This document shows, in pieces, positions 40,101-52,100 of a stretch of 64,000 nt of DNA. Both the position numbers and the translations under genes were made by a program. How positions within the stretch are numbered: position 1 is the stretch's first letter; each line of letters begins with the position of its first letter. Under the pieces are notes generated by a model. The model was not told where the DNA came from and made no database searches. It worked only from the letters and a program-made list of their open reading frames with translations. The DNA comes from Torpedo marmorata (taxonomy: Eukaryota): NCBI GenBank assembly GCA_977017645.1, contig OZ360241.1:56172001-56236000 (forward strand), in the 5' to 3' direction.

Positions 40101-43100
40101 ATTGTTTGAAGAGTCTATAATGTTTAAAAAATAATTTTAACTTGATATTTTCATCTTGGAACACTATCCTTTAAAATGACATTTTAGATCCTAATTACAA
40201 TTCTGCCAACTTTCTTTACAGAACTGAGTTAAGCTAATCTTTTATTTAATTAGTAGCATTCTTGCCCTCATTTATTCGAGCCAAATTCTGCAGATAGAAG
40301 CAAAAACTACAAGAGCAATAAACTGCAAGAGCAATATACAAACTTGCTGGTGAAACTTAGAAGGGCACGCAACATCGATGGGAAGTAAAGGGTAACCAAT
40401 GTTCAGCCTGTTTTTGCTCATACCTTGACAAAGGTCTCAGGCCTGAAACATTGGTTACCCTTTACTTTCTCTTGATGCTGCATGACCTGCTGAGTTTCAA
40501 CAGCACATTTGTGCATTGTATTTCCCCAGCAAGAGGTTTGATCCAAACTAGACTTGGTTCTTTGCCGAATAAACACTGATCAATGTTGTGGAACCCTTGT
40601 AGAAGAAATTATTTGCACTCTTTTGGTGGTGCTAGTACATTGCATTTGGAACTTTTTAAGGTATCTTTCATCACTTTTCCAAATCTATTCAATTTAGAAA
40701 AGAATTGAAGAAGATGCATGACCAGGATGAAGATGCCACCCTGACACAGTTGTCAACAGCCTGGGTGAACCTGGCTATGGTTAGTGAGGATCCATATTAT
40801 GACATTAGGGCGGCACGGTTAGCATATCACTGTTACAATGCCAGTGACCGGGGTTCAAATCCATTTCTGTCTGTAATGAGTTTGTACGTTCTCCCCGTGT
40901 CTGCCTGGGTTTCCTCCGGTAGCTCCAGTTTCCTCCTACGTTCCGAAGACGTACAGGATTAGTACGTATTTGGTCACATGGGTGTATTTGGGCTGTGTGG
41001 GCTCATGGGCCAGAAAAGCCTGTTACCGTGCTGTATCTCTGAATTTTAAAAAAAAAAAGTAAATTAACAACCTGGGTAAAGTTGCTGGTGAAGGGTGTGT
41101 TGATAGATGGTTTGCGAAGGAAAGAGAAAGATGAAGCAAAATTTCAACTTGGCTGGAATCTACTGGATTTGTATTAAGGATTGATCTCTGGGAATGTCCC
41201 CAACATTCCAAATCTTGATATCCCAGTTACTACCATATTTCTTCTTGTTCCATCAGCATCTTCTATTCTATCCATTCCTATTGTCCAGTAATGTTGCCTT
41301 TTATTTATTGCCTCTTGTATGCTTTAATCATCCTAATTCCTGAACTACTTTATCATTACTCCATTACCTCCTACCTTCCTGCTGGAGCTTCAGGAGTGAG
41401 GTGCTCTTCTTTGCACCTGTACCTCATTTGGCATTCACTGAATTCTGCATTGCTTTATTTAGAGCTGTCCCTGAGCAAGCAAAAATCTCCTTCCTCTTCT
41501 CAACTAATCTTTCCAACGACCTTGTCCAATCAGTGTGATTTTCACCAATCTTTTGACATAATTATCCTCTTGGAATTTGCCAGCAAATCAAACGTCATAT
41601 TCCTCTTTTTGTCCTGGGCAAAAAAAGTGCAGAAAAACTGGTGCCAAGTTTAGCACAAGGACCCTGAATGGCCTATACATGCTCCCACTTGTCTTCCTGC
41701 ATCTTTTGCATTCATGCTACTATTTCTGAATGTTTCCAAGAAGAATCCTGCTTTTAATTTTCTGGTTTACTTTAGTTAGCTCCGCTTTCACTCCCTCACA
41801 GTCACACGGTCTTTTCTCCTTCAAGATAAATTCATTAATATTATGATCACTGTTGCCAAGGGGTATATTCACAATGAAGTCCTGAATTAATCCTATCTCA
41901 TTGTACCATGCCAGGTATCGTATAACCTGCTCTCAGGTTAGGGCTCCAGGAACATGCTCAATATATCCTCATCTTGTTGATTAAAATTCTCCATGTTATT
42001 ATTTTATCTTTCCAGTGAGTGCCCATAATTTTGTCCTTTGTTCTGTTGTTACTGTTGGGGGAGAGGGGGAATCTAATGGGGAATAATGAGGGGGGCATAA
42101 AGAGCTTCTAATTTTAGCATTTAATTATTATTGTTGTAGTCTGTAGCATTATCTACTGATTCATTCTTACTTCCCATTCCATCTGTCATTTCCATGTTAA
42201 ACCCTTTCGCTCCAGTTTCATCTCCACACAGGTTTACTGCGCCATAAGAGATTGGAGCAGAATTAGGCCATTCAGTCAGCGCCGCCATTTGAATCATGAC
42301 TGATATATTCTTCCTTTCAACCCAATTTTTCTGCCTTGTCGCCATAACCTTTGAGTCCCTTACTAATCAAGAACCTAGCAACCGCTTTAAATATACCAAT
42401 GACTTTGCCTCCATATCTGTGCGTGGCAATGAATTCCACAGATTCACCACCCTCTGCCTGAAGAAATGTCTTCTCTGTTCTCAAGGGATGTCCTTTTATT
42501 CTGAAGCAGTTATCTCTGGTCCTAGACTCTCCTGTTGCTGGAAACATCTCCACCACTCTATCCACCCCTTTCAATATTCAGTATGTTTCAATGAGATCTG
42601 CTCCCCCACCCCTCCTTTCTAAACTCTGGCGAGTACAGGCCCAGAGCCATCAAATGGTCCTCGTGCATTACGGGATCATTCTCATAAACCTTTAGACTCA
42701 CTCCAAACCCAGCACATCCTTCCTTAGGTATGGGATCCAAATCTGCTCCAAATGTGGTCTGTCCAATACCTTATAAAACCTCAGCATTACATCTTTGCTT
42801 TTATATTCTAGTCCCTGTTGTGGATACACGCAGGCGCGGTACACAAGCCGGTGTATGACGTCATAACACATATATATTGTGTGGCGCGGGAAACCATTTT
42901 TAGATTAGTAATAAAGAATGAATGAAGCACCACGTCTCCGTGTGCTAGTGTACTTCTAAATCTAGAATACACAACAGATTGGTGACGAGGATCGAAATGA
43001 ACTTCCTCTATGCTCCGAACATCAGAGAGAAGATTTAAAGAGGAAACGCAAGGCTACCACAGCAGTGAGCTCCACAGGCTCAAACACAGAGAACAAAGGA

Positions 43101-46100
43101 AAAGACGCGGGAAAAACAACTCAAAATGGCAGAAGGGCTTTTTGGAGAGTACAAGGACTCAGAAGACTGGTATGACTACATTGAAAGATTCAATATGTAC
43201 TGTCTGGCCCACAATATAACAGATACATCGAGAGTAAAAAGGAAACAAGCATTGTTTCTAAGTGAAGTGGGAAGCAAGATGTTTAAACTTATGAAGTCCC
43301 CTTTGGCACTTGAAAGACCAAGTGCTAAGTCTTATGGGGAGTTGTGCGTGGTAATAGGGAAACACCTTTCCCCCAAACCAGTAATAATTGCAGAACGACA
43401 CAAGTTTTATTCCAGAAAGCAAAAGGCAGGCGAACCCGTAAGCGAATATTTAACTGAATTACGCAGGCTGTCAGAACGTTGTGATTTCGGAGAATTCTTG
43501 AACGAATCATTAAGGGACAGATTGGTCATGGGTTTGGCTTACCGCAACGCCCAACAACGATTGCTAAGTAAGAAAGATTTAGACATTAAGTCTGCGTATG
43601 CTACAGCATTGAGTTTCGAAATGGCCAGCCAAAATATGGATATCATACAAGGAGAGCCATCCGCAGTGGGGTTAGTTACAAACGTAAACCGACAAGAATG
43701 TTTCCGTTGCGGGAAAAGCAACCACAGCCTAGATAATTGTTACTTTAAAAAGGCCAAATATGTGACAAGGAGGGACACATCAAGTTCAGATGTCCAAGGA
43801 GAAAAGAAAACAAGCTAAAAGAGAAAAAAACAGAAACCAAGATACAACAAAGAGGCGCCCAAAGGGAAAAATGTGGAAGAGAAGGATGAAACCCCTAGCG
43901 GTGAATCTAATGACTCCGAGGGGGAAAAGGCAATGGATGTAATGCATGTCTGCAGTGTGGGGGATTAGAAATCTGAAATTTATGTTGGTGATTCTAATGC
44001 CAAAAACTGAAAGCACGACTATTGCCCGACCTTACCATGAAACAGTCAGACATGGTGTTGAAAACGGTCACAGGGGAGAAAGTCAAGGTGATTGGTAAAT
44101 GCAAAGTAAACGTCGAACATAAAGGAAAGATTGTGAAAGATTTACCCCTCGTCATCGTTGACACAAAGGGACATGCGTTGTTCGGAAGAAACTGGTTATC
44201 GCACATCCAATTGGATTGGATGGAAATTGGGTCAGTACTGAAGATGTAAAGGTAAAGGATCCATTATTGTCACGTAATACTACATTTAGAATGTAACAGT
44301 GTACCGTAAGGCAGACAGAGGGTCGCTATTTTGTCCAGCGCCCCTCACAGAAACCTACAGCACCTGGTGTTCCTTGGCGGTCTCCCCTCCAAGTACTGAC
44401 CAGTCCTGTGCCTGCTTAGCTTCCGAGATCAGACAATCTCAGTCTGTCTACTGAGAATGAACCAAAATCAAAGCTGACACAGGTGCTTAAGAAGTATCAA
44501 ACGGTTTTCGAAAAAGGCCTGGGGAAAATCAAAGGAGTCCAGGCAAAGTTACAATTGAAACCTAGAGCTGAACCCAAGTTCTATAAGCCAAGGACAGTAC
44601 CTTTTGCAATAAAAGGAAAGATTGAATCAGAACTCAACAGATTGGAAAACAAAGGAATCATTGAAAAACTTCAATATAGTGATTGGGCAGCTCCCATCGT
44701 GCCAGTCCTAAAACCCAATGGAGAAATTCGAATTTGTGGGGATTACAAAGTCACCATTAATCAAGCTCTGCAAATACCTGAACATTCCATGCCTAGAGCA
44801 GAGGAGTTATTTCAATCCCTAAATGGCGGGAAAAAGTTCACGAAACTAGATTTATCACAGCGTATCAGCAAATCAAATTGGATGAGGCATCAAAAAAGCA
44901 TGTGGCAATCAATACTCACTTGGGGTTATTCACATATACTAGAATGCCATACGGAATATCAGCAGCTCCTGCAGTTATGGACAAATTACTGCACGGTATA
45001 TATATGGGATGCTACCTGGATGATATCATCATTACAGGATGGAACGACGCAGAGCATCTATCGAACCTGGAAAAAGTCTAACCCGACTACAACAAGCAGA
45101 TGTCCGGCTACGCCAAGACAAATGTGTATTTATGGTACCCTCAGTAACATATCTAGGGTTTACAATTAATAGTGAAGGAATCCGAATGGATACAGCAGGT
45201 ACCGAAGCCGTCCGCAGAGCACCTTGCCCATCAAACAGAGCCGAATTACAATCATTCTTAGGTTTGGTCAACCATTATCGAAAGCACATCCCAAACATGT
45301 CCACGCTGTGCAACCCACTGAACCAGTTGCTAAAAAAAGACCTGAAATGGTGCTGGAATACAAAAAGAAATGACACATTCAACCGCTTAAAAGAGCTGTT
45401 GACCTCAAGCGATAATGTGCTCATCCACTACGACCCAGACAAAGAAGTGACTCTAGCGGTTGATACCTCGCCAGTAGGTTTGGGTGCGGTATTGTCACCA
45501 GTCACGGAAAAAGGAGAACAACCGGTGGCTTATGCGTCCCGCTCGTTGACGGCTTGTGAACGTAATTATGCACAACTGGAGAAAGAAGGACTGGCCATAA
45601 TATTTGGAATCAAAAGATTTCACTAATACTTGTATGGTAGGAAATTCACCTTAGTAACCGACAACAAACCACTGAGATTGATCTTGGGTCCTAAAAAGGG
45701 CATTCCGGTGCTAGCAGCGACAAGAATTCAGAGGTGGGCCATGGTGCTCGCCGCTTACGATTATGACTTGAAACATAACAAAACAAAACGGACATGCCGA
45801 TGCTTTATCACGCTTGCCCCTACCTGAGACTGAACAGACAGAAGATATAATTAACTGGACGGCGGAAGCGACGGCTATTAACCAAGAACAACTTCTTCAC
45901 CTACCGATTACAGCAAAAACCACCAGCAAAGAAGTAAGGAACAAACCGACACTGTCAAAAGTCCTATATTTCACATTGAATGGATGGCCAGAAGGAGACG
46001 CTGTTTCTCCAGAACTGAAGCCTTACTATACGCGACGCAATGAAATAACTATCGAAGAAGGTTGTTTATTGTGGGGAGCCAGGACAATCATTCCAAAAAA

Positions 46101-49100
46101 ATGGCAAACGGCCATGTTAACAACTCCACGTCAATCATCCAGGGTTGGTCCGAAATGAAAGCTCTGGCACGAATGCATGTTTGGTGGCCATCAATGGACA
46201 TCGATATTGAACAAATACAGTAAGAAGATGTTGCATTTGTCAAGAAATGCAACCCAAGGCACCACAAGCTGAAGCGAACCCATGGAAATGGTCATCACGA
46301 CTATGGCACAGAATTCACGTGGACTTCGCAGGTCCATTCATGGGGGAAAATTTCCTTATTGTTGTCGATGCACACTCCAAATGGCCAGTGGTATCACACG
46401 TGTACAACAACAACAATCCAGACAATTGAAAGACTACGAAGTATGTTTGCGTCATATGGATTACCTATAGAACTTGTCTCCGATAATGGACCTCAGTTTG
46501 TATCAGATGCTTTTAAGGTGTTTCTACGTAACAACGGTATACGACACGTGTTCTCCGCACCTTACTAATGGAGAGGCTGAACGTTTTGTACAGACATTTA
46601 AAAAAGCCATGAAAACTAAGAAATCACGAAACATTTCTTGGAATCATAAAATCGCAAATTTTCTCGTAGTATACAGAAATACTTCTCACTCAACAACAAA
46701 AAGAACGCCGGCAGAATTGATGTTTGGACGCAATTTAAGGACCCGACTCTCTGCGATATACCCAGACATCGGCCTCCGTATCGAACAATCCACTTCTCCA
46801 AGTAAACCAACTAGATCACTGGAAGTGGGAGAACGAGTACTTGTGCGAGACTACAGAGACAATAAAGAGTCTTGGATAAGAGGCGTCATCATTAAACTAA
46901 GCCCCTGTTCGTATTCTATACAAGTGGGAACTAACATATGGAAGCGGCACATCGACCAATTGAGAGTAGTAGATGATCCAATCGTGAATACAGACGATTC
47001 CCGAGACTTTCCAGTTTTGGCCGACGACGACGTTCCTGAGGTAATATCAATGGATGAGACACCATCAACATCAGCTGCTTGGGAGAGCCGTGAAAACAGT
47101 ACAGCCCAAATTCCGAATAGTGCTCATCGGAAACCAAGCTCCCAGTCTCTCCAACCCGAGAAGGAGGAGGAGGTCTTTCCCGACAAGGCAAAGAGTCCTG
47201 AGAAGCCGCAAAGTATCCCGACAGACTTGGCCTCGCCAAGAAGATCAAAAAGGCAACGACGTCCTCCGGAACGTCTGAGGGACTATGTACCATGACTTGG
47301 CCACTTGGCATGTTATATTTACATTGCGAATTAACACAATCAATATATATACTCCTTAGTTACTGTAGTTCAGTCCCAATATATATATATATATACTCCT
47401 TAGTCACTGTAGTTCAGCATACTTATTACTATGGGCATGTTTAATGACATTTATTCTGTGGGGGGGAAAGAGCCGGCGTATGACGTCACAACACATATAT
47501 ATTGTGTGGCGCGGAAACCATTTTTAGATTAGTAATAAAGAATGAATGCAGCACCACGTCTCCGTGTGCTAGTGTACTTCTAAATCTAGAATACACAACA
47601 GTCCCCTTGAAATGAATGCGAATATAGCATTTGCCTCACTTTACTACTGACTCAACCTGCAAGTTAACCTTGGAGCAATCCTGCACTCGGACACACAAGT
47701 CCCTTTGGACCTCCACTTTCTGATTTCTCCCCCCCTCCCACCCCACCCATTTAGAAAATAGTCTGCACCTTTATTCCTTCTACCAAAGGACATTACCATA
47801 TTTTTCCCTCCGCTGTTTTCCATCTGCCACTTTTTTTTACCCATTTTCCCAACCTGTCCAAGCCCCTCTGCAGACTCCCTGCTTCCTCAACACTACCCAC
47901 CACTCCACTAATCTTTGTATCATCAGCAAACATGGCCACAAAGCCATCAATTCCATTATTTACAGACGTGAAAAGTATGTAACACTGTTACATACTCAGC
48001 ACTGTAAAAGTACCCAACACTGACCCCTGTGGAACACCACTGGTCACCGACAGCCAGCCAGAAAATACCCCCTTTATTCCCACTATGCCTTCTGAGAAAA
48101 AGTTCCTTTTAGTCCCACTCTGCCTTCTGCCTGCCATGCTAGTATCTTTCCCGTAATAAATGCACTCCTATTTTATTTAGCAGCCTACTTCATAATTACT
48201 TCTGAACATCAGTTTAAAGGTTCTGAGTATCAACACAAGATTTCTAAGACTGAACTTTGAGTTGACTTTTCAGAATTGTGCCTAAACTGTAATGGTTTGT
48301 GTAATCCCCACACACATATACATCTGCGCATAGTTGGGTTAAGTTTAGATTTAAGTAAGATTTTATATTATTAATAAAAATTATTGTTTTAAGATACCAT
48401 TGTCTTGGTGAATTTCTATCGCTGCTGGTCTATGACGTAACAATCACAAAATTAAGAGGAACTTAAAATAGTAATAATCTCTGAATTATTACCCATGCCA
48501 TGTACAAGTTGGCATTGGGCAAATGAGATTAGAGAAATATACATTGGCTCAAGAACTAGTGCAAAAGAGGGTTTTGGTTTGTTGGGTCAGGCACTAGTAA
48601 TGAGGAAAATAGGAGCTGTACTGTGGGAACAGTCTAAGCCTGAACCGTGCTGGGACCAGTGTTCTAGTTAACTGCATAAAAAAGACAATATGGAGGATTT
48701 TAAAACTAAATAGTGGGGCAAGGCATAAAAGTTTGAAGTACCCAAATGTCAGTGGTAGTCAAGTTTCTGTTCATTATGAAGGATAAGGTTTTGGGTTCTT
48801 GAAAAGTACAAGATAAAATAGACCAAAGTCAGCATCATTTCCTTAAGGGGACACTTTGCTTGACCAATCTGTTGGCGTTTTTGAGGAAGTAACGAGCAGG
48901 ACAGAAAGGACAGTCAGTGGATGTTGTTCATTTAGATTTGTCACAACTCCCCTCTTCCTTGCGTAGGGGTTACGAAACTTGTGACTTCCACGATGCGTTG
49001 CTTCCTCGATCCCAGGCAAGGGTTAAACGAAATGACCATTAGAATAGTCACGAACCAAATACAAGTTTGATCCTGTCAGTACCACTGCTTTCCCTTGACA

Positions 49101-52100
49101 AGGAGAAGCAGCAGAAGTGACCATCTTCCCCGAAGTCACTTTAATTCTGTCTCCAGATGACTTCCTGATGAACTAAAATGCTGCTTTTTCAAGTATCTTA
49201 ATCACATGACTTGCTTCATCAATACTGGTTCTTCAGTTTCAATTTCTCAAAAACCTGAGTCATGTGGCGGGTGGCCTTCTGTTTGAACAGATGTCTTCCT
49301 TAGTAAACATTCATTGTCTCAGTCTTTCAATTGAGAACAATAAGGCTGGTTTTATGGCTTTGAATTAGGTGCCAGCTGTCTGTTCAAAATGTTGTTATCT
49401 GTAGCTTCTTTCACATTGGCTAACCAGTAAATTGGCCGTTCATTGTCCTGGTTAAAGAAGCCGTTTTTGCTGTTCACACTGGGCCACTGTTAACCGGGAC
49501 ACTATGTCCTTTCACATTCACCACAAGGCATCCCCGGGGATAGGAGAGTCTTTCTTCTACCGGAATCCCTGGACAGTAAGTGTCCCTTTCACACTGGGCT
49601 AATCGGCACGCAGACGCCGGGGATGAGAGTAGGGGCCGAGGCCGTCCATCCCCGGCGTGATTTGACGCCGGCGTGCCGATTAATTCGCTTTCACACTGGA
49701 CCCTTAAACGGTAAATCGGCTGTCAATTACTAGGACAAGGTGCCAGTGTGAAAGGGGCTTGTGAGTGTCTTTCCCTGTTCCAACCCCCAGAGTAACTTTA
49801 CTAAAAAAATAACAGAAGCTTGCAAGTGATTAACTCCTGATCGTCATTATTTCTCTCCAATGTCGTTAATTCTAAAATGTTCGTGTGTATTTAAATCCTT
49901 GATGCACAAAATGTTGTCAAGGGGTGGGCAGAGATGAGTTGTCACATGATCTATTATTTATGTTCTTAAGTGTCCTGTAAGCACTTAGGATGTTATTGCT
50001 AACTGTTGGCATTGATAGGGAGCAACCACTCAATTGTTGGAATAACAATAGCCAGCAAATGTTCTGTGAATTAATGCTGTGCTGTACAATTGCTGTTCCT
50101 CTGGTGAATCTATTTTATTGACTGCTCTCCGCAGGGTGGGGACAAACTACAGGATGCTTTTTATATTTTCCAAGAAATGGCAGATAAATACACAGGAACC
50201 TTGTTGCTCCTAAATGGACAAGCTGCTTGCCAGATGGCACAGGGCAAGTGGGATGATGCCGAAGGAGTTCTGCAGGAGGCACTGGATAAGGTAGGAAGAT
50301 TCTTAAGGTAGTTGAGTGGCGGCAAAAGACAAAACAAGTTTTCAACTTGGCAAATTGGGCCATTGCGTCTGCAGTGGCACTTGGCTAGGTAAATTCATGA
50401 CTAATCTCATTTCCTCATGTCCATCACTCTTCACTTGAAATATTTATTTAATGTTCCCTGAAGAGATCAAATGGTTTTGGATCCAATGCACAAATTAAAG
50501 AAAAGCTGGACTCTTCTCATGCTCATTGATTTTAAATGAACGACCCTTTCCCAACAGCTCCCCAAATCAGAAGAAACAATATTTTCCTTTTCATCAAAAC
50601 CCTTACTGGGGAAAAAAAACACCCTTCCAATGGAAATGATCTCCACATCTCAGGCTTTACCGAATTATAGTTTCCACTGATTGTCACCCTGGTGAATCAA
50701 AGCTATATACTGTAGGCTTTCAGATCCTTCATGGCAAAGTCTAAACTATGAACATAGTGAACAGTGTTCCAGAAGTGCTGTTCATAATAATCTATTTTTG
50801 GGGGAAGCCAGGAGGAGAGGTTGTTTGTTGAGGATTGTGGCGTCGTATTTATAGATGGTTCAGAGACCTTACACTGAGGTATCTTATTGGTCACGCAGAC
50901 CAAAAGGTCCAAAGTTCCTGACTTTGTGCTATCAGTTGATCTCCACTCAAGGTAGGAAATTGAACCTTGGATACCTGAGCGTGGGAGGGGAGAATCAGAC
51001 AGAATTCCTGCTCTGCTCCTGCAATGAATTAGGCCCAACTGATCTTGGGCTTAACTGGTCGGGTTTTCATCACCAGCAAGGTGACTGTATTCCGGAGAAC
51101 ACTGAGAAGTGGAATGGGGTTGTGGTGCAGGTGAATTTTCAGTGTGCTGCTTATGGTTACATTAGAAGAAGGCTGATGCAACCATAAAATGTGTTGTTTA
51201 TGTCATCTATAAATCAGTGACTTTACTATTTAAAAATAGACCATGATGTAACATGATTGTGTAGGCCTGACTTCATAATGTACAACAGGAAGTTTGGTGC
51301 CACCTAGTGATATTGAAATGAAGGAATTTGAATTAATCTGGCTTGTCATAGAATCATATTGTCACCAAGTCGTTGGAAAATTCCACAATGTGATTTCAAG
51401 TGAGAGGTGGTCCAAATCTTTCAATGTCCACTTATTAAAATTGTATCATTAATTCATCATGTCAGTTCTACTTCATCAAACCCCTTCATAAAAAAAACTT
51501 TATCTCAACTTTTACCTAATAATTATAATTTCCAATCGTAGTCACTGCTGTGAATTAAAGATGTTTATTCAATGCTTTCAGTGTTCTTTAAAATGAGATC
51601 CTATGTAGGATCTCATTTTAACGAACATTGAAAGCATTAAATATTAACTGAGCATTTCTCTGAACAGTTGCTGCATAGAAGGGAGTATGCACACTCTGTG
51701 AATTTAGAGACAAGCAAAATTATTCATGATCCATGGTGCATCTGAGAAGCCATGCTTAAAATGTAGTGTCTTGAGCAGCTACAATGTAGGATTAGAGTGC
51801 TCTGAATAGGAAGAGACAAAAACAGATTAAACATGGAAAGTGATAAATCATCTAAGCAATAAAACAAAGTGGACCTCTGAACGGATAAATTTCTGGGTCC
51901 TGATGGATTTCATGCTCATGTCTGAAGAGAAATTGGTTTTAATTTTTCATAATTTTCCAGTTTTGGAGGAAGATTTCAGAAGATTAGAAAATATTAGAAG
52001 TAACTTCTTTATTCAAAAAAGGATGGAAACAGATTTCAATTAAAGTAAAGGCCAATTAACTCTGACATGAGGGAAATATTACAAGCAATTCATAAAAATG

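Larger units (their letters stand above)
42816..47600 (+). mobile_element. Ty3/Gypsy LTR retrotransposon with short LTRs (Mag-like), decayed
   Basis: 5' LTR 42816..42976 (TGTTG...CAACA); PBS TGGTGACGAGGAT (tRNA-Ser-like); gag with CCHC knuckle; RT ([19 protein letters not shown]), RNase H, integrase; PPT at ~47460; 3' LTR 47471..47600; 5-bp TSD GTCCC. Confidence 0.95.
42244..48180 (-). mobile_element. CR1 LINE split by the Gypsy insertion (42244..42815 and 47601..48180)
   Basis: 3' tail at 42244; RT remnants ([15 protein letters not shown]) at 47900-48050; the two halves join across the TSD. Confidence 0.8.
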
